Positions 13,456-24,451 of a stretch of 64,000 nucleotides of DNA are shown here, in pieces; the first letter of the stretch is position 1; each line of letters opens with the position of its first letter. A program made the translations under genes and the position numbers. The stretch comes from Epiperipatus broadwayi (taxonomy: Eukaryota > Animalia > Onychophora): the NCBI GenBank assembly GCA_028023455.1, contig JAQFVV010000001.1, positions 16,492,001-16,556,000 on the forward strand. Reading direction: 5' to 3'. The notes beneath the pieces are model-generated. The model did no database searches, had not been told where the DNA came from, and saw only the letters and a program-made list of their open reading frames with translations.

Positions 13456-15237
13456 GAAGTCTAAAATTTATTTTTTCTACAAAACTATGCAGTTTTTTTC
13501 ATTTTCTGCTAAATTTTATTTTTATATGAATGCTTATTTTTGCATTGCAAATATATTTTGATTTATAGTACTTTGGCACTCAAAGTGCACTCAGCCAAAT
13601 AATTAAAGCCAGATAATAAAGCAGAAAGGAGAGAAAAAAAATACCCCACTTTGTCAAGCATATGCACATACATATGCAAAAGTATTACATGTTAGTGAAA
13701 ATTAACATTAAATATGTTTTTCCATAACTCAATAAATAATATTTGATATTTTTAGAATAAAATAAAGTACTTCAAACAATTTCATAGCCGTATAAGGCTT
13801 ACATTTATAATAATCATTGACCAGTTATAAAAGTCATATATTTTTTATTGTTTTTTATAATATATGATGAATCATATGAATAAATTTGAGCTAATTAGAT
13901 AAATAAATTCAAGTTTATGAAAAATTAAATGGAAAAGATATATATTTTATTAATATTTCTATTATCATTAATAAATATTTTTAAATGTAAATTCATAATG
14001 GATATAAAATTTTGTATTTGCGATTTTATTATTTATCTATGTACCATATCAATTAAATTTCATACATTCTTTTTCTCATAGTCTTTTCCACATTCTTGTA
14101 AGTAATATGGTTTAATTAAATTTTCTAAAAAAAAGAATATTAATTCTTTCAAAATATATTTTAGGATTCATTTATTATTTTTCTAGTGTTTGTAAGGTTA
14201 TGTTTGAGGTAGGGGAACAATTTTTTGTGGATTATAGACATTATTAATGCAAACAAAACATACAATGACAAAAAAACCTATCAAATTACTCCCAGCTCCC
14301 ATCATACTTTTCAGTTTGCTCCTGAAAAACAAATATGTTATTAATATTTTTTACAAAATTTAATTACAACCATTTAAAAGTAGACAATTGAGTCTAGATG
14401 GGAGGTGGAAGATCCTTCTATCAAACAACCCATATATTTTTTAACAGTCTATAAATAATCTTGCTTATTTATACAAGTGATTTTATAAATATTCAACAGT
14501 CAATAAATATATGAAGAATTTAACTGCTTGTGCCAATCTTCAAAAATTTAATTATTCTAGCAATTAAATGTTTAATGATGGGAAAAACATTTTATATTTG
14601 GTTATATCTTCTAGTTTTAAAATATTATGTTTAAATTATAGTAGCTATTTTCACTGTCCAATTCCTCTGACGAGTAGTTTTTTAAGTCAAATCCAAAACA
14701 AACTGACTATATTAATTGTTAGACATAAATTATTTGTGATAAATTAAAACATGGGATTTTATTCAATAGAAGTTAAATTATTTAAATTATAACAAACGTT
14801 TACTTGTTATTAAGTAGAGCACCAAGTCAGAATGATTTTGATAAGGGCCAGAAAACAATAAGATACATTTTGTCTTATTTTTACATTATACTCATGAGAA
14901 TGATTATAATCATGATCTTAACCCTAACCTGATTTTTTTTTTAGTAAATAAATCTTTACTTGATGTTTATTTGTATAAAATAATAAGCATATAGTAAGTT
15001 TCTTGAGTCATGTGATACGTAGCATGAGCACAATAATTGTGTTCAATTAATTGTAATTGAACCAATAACTTTTATCTCTTGAGTTCACTATTTTACCACT
15101 GCAGTAATAATTTCTCACTGCCTTCAGTTTAAGTCTCTAAGCTTCAAATAACTTTCCATTAATAAAATAATGTAGCTTTTAAAGCTTTTACTATATTCTT
15201 CCTGAAAGTGAATTAAGGAATTTATGAGATGTCCTTT

Positions 15238-15383
15238 TCATGTATGGCAAATGGATTTATCTTCTTCATTTTTGTAGTTATAAAAATATGTGGTACAAAA
15301 CATTAACAAAGCTACTAGTAAAAATGTTGATCCCAGTAAGAACAAAGATATCTTGAAGGTAGTGGTATAGTCTGCTAAATAAC
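15238..15383 (-). CDS. SLC16/MCT-family MFS transporter, last coding exon
   Basis: Acceptor tttcag at 15384-15389, phase 1. Reads (G)YLADYTTTFKISLFLLGSTFLLVALLMFCTTYFYNYKNEEDKSICHT*, the typical GxLxD plus TM12 of MCTs. TGA stop at 15238-15240. Confidence 0.9.
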
Positions 15384-15659
15384 CTGAAATTAAAAAAATA
15401 ATAAATGTTTCAAAAGTTTATTAATAAGTAAATATTATTAAAAAAAAGAACATAAAATATAAGAATAAAGTATATATAGCAGACTGATGGATAATATATA
15501 AAACAATAAAGTATAGTTTTAAAAATTTATTAAATATAAAAAGCTATTTTTAGCTATATATAAATTACAAACGTTTCTTGAATAATATATGTATATATAT
15601 TTGGGTCATCATGCCAACAATACTTAAAGTGTATACTTATAGTCAAACAGATGGTTTGT

Positions 15660-15870
15660 AGATAGTTAAGATAGGTGGGTGAGTAGGTAAATAGGAAATA
15701 AAATAAATAATGGTGAAGTAGGAAGGCATGAAGAAAGGTGGGTAGGATAGATAGATAGGCTGTTATGTGAATGGTGGATAGGCAGATAGATAAATGGATA
15801 AATAAGTGAATGGATAGTTATATAAATAGATGGACAGATAGAGATAGAAAATACATATAGAGATAGGAAA
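15660..15870. repeat. Degenerate tetranucleotide simple repeat (ATAG/GGAT/GTAG-like)
   Basis: Purine-rich run such as atagatagataggc, ggataggcagatagataaatggata. It explains the spurious ORF 15666-15956. Confidence 0.75.
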
Positions 15871-16701
15871 TCAGGGGGGAAGGCAACATTAAAATTAGAA
15901 TATATTTTTAGTGAGATGAAAGACAAATATGATGAAAATTTTTTGTGATTTTTCATTCAATATTAGTCATGTAATGTTTGATACTCAATTGCAGGCTGAG
16001 TATAACGATTATCTAAGAATCAATTCATGAATTTTATCTCTGCATTAAATCATATTTATAAACATGAGATGGATTTTAAGCTGAGTATTTATTATTACTA
16101 ATGTGATTCTCAACAATTTCTTAGATGTGTTCAATATGATAAAAGACAAAGGTTGTAAAATTTATACTAACACTTGTAATTTATCAACATCATCTTAAAT
16201 AATCATTTTTAGTAGTACTATATTATTGTTACAACTTTTTTATATTTACTGATTATTTAGTTTTTGATATCTCTTAGTACAACTATTATTTCTAAGACAA
16301 TTTTATGCAGTGTATAGAGTTTGTTGCTAATCATATATATTTATGTTGACATTTCAAATAGTCTGTTTTTCCAGAATTATAAAATATTAAAATTATATAT
16401 TCTGCATGTTTTAGTATTGTATTTAGTCAGATACAAAATGATAGACTACTGAAAATTCTAGTGAGATCTTGTTTCTTTTCAAAACATTTATTTTTATCTT
16501 ATCACTTTTATATCATTATTTGATTATAATGTTCTATAAAACTATTTGAAGATATGTTTTAAAGCTCTTGGATTGATGCTCAAATACCTTCATTCATAGC
16601 TTTTTGTTCAGACTCTTTTGTATAACATTGAATACTTCATTTCTTCTTAACTTAGTAATTGATTTATGCAGTTCTTTAAATTCAACACTATTTAATACAA
16701 G

Positions 16702-16897
16702 ACTCTCCATGGACAGTAGCATTACTCAAAATCAGAGTAATCAATAGATGAAAGAAAGTTTGTACATAAAATCCCTATCTAGTGCCTACTCATCGAATAT
16801 CCCCAGACAAGTTTCTAGCTGGTGGCTTTCATCAGTGAGAAGCTTTGGATCTGATAGCACTGCACATAGATCTTTGGATTTAATGCAATCCTCCTGC
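16702..16897 (-). repeat. Hammerhead-bearing dispersed repeat, family R copy 2 (in the last MCT intron)
   Basis: Aligns by eye to 6238-6435. Confidence 0.8.
16800..16841 (-). ncRNA. Type I hammerhead ribozyme motif (family R), sense to the MCT pre-mRNA
   Basis: Minus strand reads TTCTCA-CTGATGA-A-AGC-CACCA-GCT-A-GAAAC-TT-GTC/TGGGGA. Stem II shows a compensatory G:C to A:U change relative to the 6338 copy. The stem III palindrome is lost (CTTG). Confidence 0.7.
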
Positions 16898-19519
16898 AAT
16901 CACTTTTTACCTTAGTAGCTAACTATAATGGTGATCATGTGATGTTTAATTGTTTAATAACATGTTTACTAGTCTTACTATTTTGGTTATAGTTTCAACA
17001 CTTGTTAGTAGTCTCTCCAAATCATCAAAATTATTTACTATTAAAGGAATTACTGATAAGCTGGTCATATATATTTTATCCTTTATCTTTCAAATTTTTG
17101 GGAAGTACCATTAATTTGGTTTTCTTGATTCAATTCACTTTGATTGCTCAAACATTTAAATTTATTGATTTGTAAATAACATTAAAATGATTTAAATGTT
17201 TGGCCAAACATACATAGAGTATAGTATATTAGAAATTTGAAAAATACTATCAATTGGACTTAGGAAACATAGTATATAAAAAAAATTATATTCAAAAATC
17301 ACGTTTTTAACTTTCAGCTTAATATAAACTTAACATAAACACACTATTATGACTATATATAATATAACAAATTAATAAATTTAGGATAAACAATATATTA
17401 CTACTATCTATTTATGTAATGGAGTTACTGAATTCACTGTCTCAATATCTTCTACTTCAGTTATATACTATACAAAAAAAAAAAGAAACTAACAAAAATA
17501 AAACATTAAAATTTACAAATTAATTAGGCAATTATATATTTATACTTATATACAGTATATGGTTTTCTAATACTGCAGCAGATAGCTTCTTGCTCTACTT
17601 TGGCTGTCATATACACTAATTCTCTTATGGAAATCTAAGATTAAATTTCTTCACTTTTTTTTTTTTTTAAATAATTTTATATGAAATGGCTTCAAAACAT
17701 AAAGGGAATAATAGTTATAACAATTCAGTCAAACTGAAAAGAAGTTTTTCCTTTAAATTAAAAATTAATTTAATTCTAAATGAAGAAAAAAAAAGTATTT
17801 TGAATTCTGTTATTTATGTTAATAAGAAGGAATTGTTCATTCATGAAATAATGAAAAAATAAAACAAGTCAGGGAGAATGAAAATATATATATATATTGA
17901 AGAAAACTGATATTGGAGGGACACAATCATTGTGTATGTAAATAAATTATGTGCTCTCAATTTACCATTTCACAGTCTTTTTTAAACTTTATTTTTTTGA
18001 AAATCATTTTTGTTGATAATATTAATTTGTATTAGTCTCTACATTAAGCATGTGTGCATACAAATTAAAAGCATTTATGTTGTATGTGTTTAGAAAATTA
18101 CAATATATAAACAAAATAATACAATAAACAATATGTACTGTAAATTAAGCACTGTAAACAAAGCATGAATACAGCCTACTAATTTATACCACCAACTAGG
18201 GAGCTTGAAATAAATATAACGAATATGTTGGCTCCACAAGCTCTAATAAAGTCTGATGATAAAAAACAAAATATGCATATTTAAATTAATTTATTGTCAA
18301 AAGTTATTTAACATGTGCTAATTTTATAAATCTTACATTTAAAATTTTGTAATATGTTATACATGAGAGTTTATTTATTGCATTTATAATTATTTTGCTT
18401 TATATAGTTAAATGTGAAAAAGACAGTCCAAAAATAAAAATCTTGTTTTAGGAAACCCATGATTGTAGGTCCAAAGGAGATGGATTCATCATAACTTTGA
18501 TTAAACTATTTAAAATAATTATTTTTTTAAAAAAATGTATTCACCCAGTGTCCATTGTTATTTTTTAATCTTGGTTTATTTATATGTTTTCAGTAGTTTA
18601 CATATTTGCTTTTTATAATTTAATTTCAATTATTCCATCATCTATGTTGTTTAGAACACTAGTAAAAGAGTGAATTCAATGGCTACAGTTCTGTAAATTG
18701 ATTGCTAAATAAGAAAAAAATTTAAAAAATCTTAGTTTATTTAATTGAGTGGAGTGGTTGGTTGTGTTCAATTTAGAACTTTGTATTCAACCATCACAAG
18801 ACTTCCTAAACAATAGATCACAATTATTTTCAGTAGAGTTGTCTATTCAAAAACTAAAAGTTTCTGAATTAATTTCATGTTATAGAAAATAAAAACAATA
18901 TGATTTAATTAATCATTGTGTTCAGCTTGATGATTAGATGCTAAAACATCTTATGAGCTCATGAGTAATTGGCTATCCTGACAAACATTTTTTTTTTTTT
19001 TTACATTAACAGGAATTTCCAGAAATAATTTTAACTCAAAATAAAACAAATTATTTTTTCATCTAATATAAAATTAGTGTCTAAACTATAAAAATAATAT
19101 TACTATAAATTTAAATAGCATCGTAATGTTATTATTTAATAAGTTTTATCAGGTGTTAAAGTGTTAAGAATGGGTTCACAATTTTATGCAACTACATTAG
19201 GTAAATAGCATGAAATTGAAACCACATGCAATGTGGTTACAAAACTTTAGACAGTGAAAAGAGTAATTGGGTAGATTTTATTTTCTACAATACAATTACA
19301 ATTTTTTTTAGTAATATAATATATAAATTCAAATTAAAGAATAAATTAATGAAGTTTTTAAAATTTAAGCTTGTTTTATATTAGTAATAAGCAATTTTTA
19401 ATAAATATGTTTATTTATTTGGGCATAATAACACAATTATGAAGTGTTAGGAGAATAATATTTAAGATGACATTTTTTTTATCACACACACACACCCATA
19501 TATAAAAACTAATTCTTAC

Positions 19520-20515
19520 CTATTAAAAATGGAAAAACAATTGACATCAATCCATTCATTGGATACTGGAAACCTAAAACCATTGGAAGTTGTGCTGAAC
19601 CAAAAACATCAACTACCAAAGCTGATATTAAAGGAACTAAACTACCATGAAAAATTCCAAAAAGTGCACACAAACTGGCTAAAATATAAAATTGAGGTAA
19701 ATATGGAAATAAAAATATTAATATGCCACATAATATACAAAAAACTATATAACAGCGTTCCTTTCTTAATTTAAAAAGATCTACCAAAAACCCACATAAT
19801 AATCTCCCAGTTACATCTAATATGCCTAATATAGTTAGTAAAACAGCTGCATCTTTTTTGCTTATTAAAGAGTCTTCAACAAATACTGGTAAAATGGTTA
19901 AAAAGTTTGCTGTTGCAGGTTGAATTAAGGAAGTGACAAGAGTATACAAAATAAATATTCCACTACAACAAATTTTTACAGGATATTTATTCCTGAATTG
20001 AATACAACAGGTGAATTTAGTCTTCCTTAAAAGTTCTAATTCAGTGTCTTTCTTATTATGACTTAACTTCTTAAGTAATAAAATTTTAGGAGCATTTTGT
20101 TGAGGTTCGATCCCAATATTTCTTGAACAAACAGTTGAATGTTTTTTAAATTGAAATTCATGATTTGTTTGAGATAAATTTTGATTTTTATTATTGCAAT
20201 CGGGGGCATTTAAAAAAAGATCTTTTTCTTGAGGATCAATAATAACTTCGATGTTCTTTTTGCATTTAATTGCAGCACGAGGTAGAGGAAAAAATAAACT
20301 TCCAAAAATTAAAATATGCATCATCAGTCCACTTAATAAAAGAAAAGTACCACGCAGGCCGTAATTAATAAGAAGGTAATGAACAGTTATTGGAAAAATT
20401 ATACCTCCTACAGCTCCTCCGGTGATTCTTACGCTGTGAGCGATTGTGATACGTCTTTTAAAATAATGAGATAAAATTATTTTATTCGAAAATTCGCAAA
20501 GCGTATTTCCAATAC
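19520..20515 (-). CDS. SLC16/MCT-family MFS transporter, large internal exon (996 nt, about TM4-TM11)
   Basis: Acceptor tttgtag (20516-20522), donor gtaag (19515-19519), phase 1 to phase 1. Reads (G)IGNTLCEFSNKIILSHYFKRRITIAHSVRITGGAVGGIIFP...YGLRGTFLLLSGLMMH..., then a long cytosolic loop and TM8 LLTILGILDVTGRLLCG. The TM8 segment keeps the D-x3-R pair equivalent to the MCT1 TM8 Asp/Arg. Confidence 0.95.
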
Positions 20516-20714
20516 CTACAAATATAATATATATATATATTTTCTCTATTAAAAAATAGTAATGTATTCAAAGTTTATAAACTATTGCTTTAATAAACAT
20601 CAAAATAAAACATTGCTTAAAATATAACAATAATACTTTAAAACTTTTTCTTTTAATAGTTAACTGTTAAATATTTTTTAGCAGACATTTTGTAATAAAT
20701 TTTGATTTTTTTTT

Positions 20715-20830
20715 TTAGACTTTTAGTTAAACTAGCTTTAAGTATGATTTAATCCAGATAGATCGCAGCCGGCCGATGCCATGACACATTAGACTTTTAG
20801 TTAAACTAGCTTTAAGTATGATTTAATCCA
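20715..20830 (+). mobile_element. Perfect 42-bp direct duplication enclosing a 32-bp GC-rich insert that matches the 3' part of the tRNA-Gly SINE
   Basis: TTAGACTTTTAGTTAAACTAGCTTTAAGTATGATTTAATCCA at 20715-20756 and 20789-20830. The insert is GATAGATCGCAGCCGGCCGATGCCATGACACA. Confidence 0.7.
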
Positions 20831-21000
20831 CGTGACCACACAAAGTAATTAAAAAAAAAATCATAAAATTAAAGCTTAAATGTAATCTAATTCTGGCATC
20901 ATAAATATTTAAATACAAGTATAGTTTATATACTTACGCTTACAGATGTAATTATAGTGATTTGCATTCAGATTTTCAAGTTCCACTCTATCTAATATAA

Positions 21001-21080
21001 CCGATACATATGATCACATACATGTGAAAAAGATAAATGATCTCCAATATATGTATTTCGTGCTGAACCAGCACTCACCA
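21001..21080 (-). repeat. Family R4 fragment carrying the 3' two-thirds of the hammerhead
   Basis: Minus strand TGA-GTGCTG-GTT-CAGCAC-GAAA-TACATAT-A-TTGGAGATCAT, with perfect stem II and intact GAAA. It is homologous to 55460-55532. Confidence 0.75.
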
Positions 21081-21298
21081 TCTCCCACACACATATATAT
21101 GCATTCCCACACATATAAACTGATGCAAGAAATCATAGACACATTTTAAAGTTATACTCAGGCTCATTCCGTGCTTAAATGCAGGGGAGGGGGGGCAATA
21201 TTTGACCTTGCTGATATTGATTTTCTAATTTTATTCTAAGTGTTATTTATATATAGTTTTTTATCAGTTAGACTAGGTCTACGATTATGTTTCTATGC

Positions 21299-23302
21299 CA
21301 GGAGTAGGCAAGTAGCGGCCCAGTAAGAATTTTTTATGGCCTGCCAAGACAGTAAAAAAAATCCACCTTGAACTGAGATTTCCTTCCCATGCACAACCAA
21401 AGACTCATCTTGTATTTTTCACTAGGATGGCCACATCAATACATATGCACAGTGGAGATACAATGTGCAGTGATTTTCCAGTTGATCTGGTTAATTTCAA
21501 TTTTGTCTTTGCAACAGTAACTATATAAATTTCCAACTTTAGTAAAACCATGAACCCTCCAAAAAAATTAAAATCAGTGATGAATGTCATGTATTTAATG
21601 AAGAATGGACAAACAAATATTCCTTTGGTAATACAGGGAATAAAGCAGGGTGTTTATTGTGTCATAAAACGATAGCCATATTTAAAAAATACAATCTGAA
21701 AAGACACCATGAAACAAAACATAGCAAATTTGGCTGCAAATGTTCCAAGAAAGAACACAAAATAAAAGCTGAAGATTGTGTGAAATGGCTGAAGAAGCAA
21801 CAAACATTATTTACAAAGCAATCAATAGTTCAAAATAGTGCTACAGAAGCAAGTTTCATGGTAGTAGCCTACAACCTTGCAAATGCAACAAGACTTTTTT
21901 GGATGGTGGGTTTATTAAACAGTGTATGTCAGAACATGCAAATGTACCATGGACTATTGTGAGCAGCAAATCTGAAAGCATTTCATTGTCAAGAAGGCCT
22001 ATAGTGTAGCACATTGACTCAATTAGTGATCATCTCACAGAACATCTCAAGACATTGACTCAATTAGTGATCATCTCACAGAACAGCTCAAGACTTCTGG
22101 TAAAGATTTTGTTTGGTTTTCTTTAGCACTGGATAAGAGCACAGATAATGAACACACTACACAATCAATCATTTTTATCTGTGGAAATTTCATAAATACA
22201 GAGAATTACTTAGCCTAAAATCAATGAAAGTTACAACCACTGATCAGGAATTGCTTGAGTGTGCTATGAATTGTGTGGAGAAAAGTGTCTTGTCCATGAA
22301 GAAAATGGCAAGCATTACAACAGATGGGGCCAGAGCTTTCAGTGGAAGAAATGTAGGTAAGGTTAAGCTTTTAAAAAACAAGTTACAAGCACAAGACAAA
22401 GACAGTGATATCTTGCCTTTTCATTGCATTTTGCATCAGAGGAACATTTGTAAAGCTGCACTGGACTTAAAGCATGTGGTAGATCCTATTGTTAGTGTTA
22501 TGAACACAATGAGAGCTAGGAAACTCCACCATTGACAGTTCAAATCTTTTCTTGGGGATGTAAAAGCAATATGAAGACATAATTTACCACAACAGTGCGA
22601 GGTGGTTGAGCCTGGGCAAAGTTATAAAAGGAGTTTGGGCATTTCAGAATGAAATCCTCATTTCTGGACATGAAGGTGATATCTCATGACTTCATTACAA
22701 AAATAGGGTGTGAGGAGTAGAGATATGAGATGATGTTTGCAGCTGATTGTTTTGAGAAATTGAATGAACTAAATGTGGCATTGCAGGGAAAGGGGTTGTT
22801 TGCACATGAAATGTGGAAGCATGTAAAATTATTCAAAGCAAAACTAGGTCTATTTGCAAGGCAAGCAGGTGAAGGCAATTTTTGTCATTTCTCTTTATTA
22901 GGAAAACAGAAAGTGCCTGAAAGTGTTTCTGCTAAGATTAGGGATCATCTGCAGAGTTTGGAGGATACCACAAGAAGATTTCAGGACTTTAAGAAAATTG
23001 AGCAGCTTGAACTTATTGACATGCAGTCAGATCACACTGTGAAAGAAATGTTTAATGCTGTGACAGTTGATTTTTACAAATCTTTGTCTGCTGAAAAATT
23101 TCCATGTAAGAAGAAATTTGCTGGGAAAATGTTCTCTATATTTGGGGCTACATATATTTGTGAGCAAAGTTTTTCTTGCTTGAAGATCAAGAAGAGTAAA
23201 TATAGATGCTCTTTGACAGACATTAACTTGAAGGCTGTGATGAGACTCTCAACAAGCAATCTTACTGCTGATTTAAAAGAAATTGTAGAAAAGTGTGATA
23301 GG
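21299..23302 (+). mobile_element. Decayed hAT transposon (Buster/Charlie/SPIN, GTF2IRD2-like transposase), right end missing
   Basis: Left TIR CAGGAGTAGGCAAGTAGCGGCCC, preceded by the octamer ttcTAtgc. Broken frames give VCLLCHKTIAIFKKYNLKRHHETKH, LALDKSTD, SITTDGA, FHCILHQ, LNELNVALQG and FGATYICEQSFS (hAT dimerisation region). A 41-bp tandem duplication lies at 22011-22092. Confidence 0.9.
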
Positions 23303-23515
23303 GTACATGTGGGTTTCAGATCGGCCTTAGGTCAACATGGATGTGACAAGAATCTCAGCCTCAGAGTGGCCTTTGAGCATTCCGGCATCAGATTTTCAAT
23401 TGGATGGGCGGTTGAAGAGTTGGAGTGTGGAGTAGATTGAAACCTATCCACTAAAGTATGAAGATTGTCTATCTTAATATATATCTGAGCATTTATAGTA
23501 TATATGTGTAGAGAT

Positions 23516-23576
23516 GATAATCTGGACCAATTGATGATTGCTGGTTTAGCATGAAATACATATATTGGTGATTATT
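23516..23576 (+). ncRNA. Type I hammerhead motif (family R4), decayed (C3 to T)
   Basis: GATAATC-TGG-ACCAA-TTGATGA-TTGCTG-GTT-TAGCAT-GAAA-TACATAT-A/TTGGT-GATTATT. Confidence 0.65.
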
Positions 23577-23984
23577 TATCTTTTCAACACATATGGGTTT
23601 AAGTGTATTAGTGTTATTAGATAGAGTGAAGAGTGGTGGGTCATGAGAAAGTCTGTGCTCATATACCGTATATATTACATATATAGACAAGTATATAATA
23701 AGCCTGTGGTCCAGTTATTACATTGTAGAGATGTCTGTCTATCCTTGCATTTGTATTAAATGGATTATGTCCTGTACATGTGGGGTTCAGATTGATCTTA
23801 GGTCAACATGGGTGTGACAAGAATCTCAGCCTCAGGGTGGCCTTTGAGCATTTCATCATTAGATTTTCAAATGGATGGATGGTTGAAGAGTTGGAGTGTG
23901 GAGTAGATTGAAGCCTATCCACTAAAGTATGAAGATTGTCTAAATATATATCTGAGCACTTATAGTATATATATATGTAGAGAT

Positions 23985-24045
23985 GATAATCTGGACAAAC
24001 TGATGATTGCTGGTTTAGCATGAAATATGTATATTGGTGATTATT
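23985..24045 (+). ncRNA. Type I hammerhead motif (family R4), core intact, stems partly decayed
   Basis: GATAATC-TGG-ACAAA-CTGATGA-TTGCTG-GTT-TAGCAT-GAAA-TATGTAT-A/TTGGT-GATTATT. Confidence 0.7.
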
Positions 24046-24451
24046 TATTTTTTCAACATATGTGTTTAGAGTGGAGAATGGTGGGTCATGAGAAAGTCAT
24101 AACCTATATATTACATATATAGACACAGGTATATAATAAGACTGTGTTTCAGTTAATACAGTGTACAGTGGTTATTAAAATCACTTAGATCTGCTCAAAT
24201 AAAAAATCAGATTCAACAGATCTGAAAGAAAAATTGACCCAAAAGTTATAGGTGTGTCAATTGAAGGCTTAAACCAATCATGAGAGCTTTATTCGTAACA
24301 AAGTGATAAAAGCTCGCCTTAGTGGATTGTTAGCTTTGTCACTATCAAATTTTGAACAATTATAAAAAATTAATAAACGAGTGGTAATTCGCAAAGATTT
24401 CTCTAACAATGTAAAGAGAGAAATAAAACAAAAACTAATTTTGCTGGTTCT

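Larger units (their letters stand above)
23303..24150 (+). repeat. Family R4 tandem dimer (unit about 470 bp), each unit carrying a hammerhead; retrozyme-like
   Basis: GTACATGTGGG... starts at 23303 and 23774, and the units align over most of their length. Related copies lie at 21001, 54575-54900 and 55235-55615. Confidence 0.9.

Noticed and set aside
20454-20460. Apparent acceptor (taaaag) for the large MCT exon
   Set aside because: The frame stays open and MCT-like up to the better acceptor at 20516, which restores GIGN...HYFKRR and the correct phase.
20715-20830. CRISPR-like repeat-spacer-repeat geometry (42/32/42 bp)
   Set aside because: There are only two repeats, the context is a eukaryotic intron, and no cas genes are present. 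The spacer matches a local SINE 3' end.
24150-24451. 5' LTR and PBS of the Gypsy remnant
   Set aside because: There is no similarity to 27064-27649 and no TGG-type PBS. The region contains only short imperfect inverted repeats.
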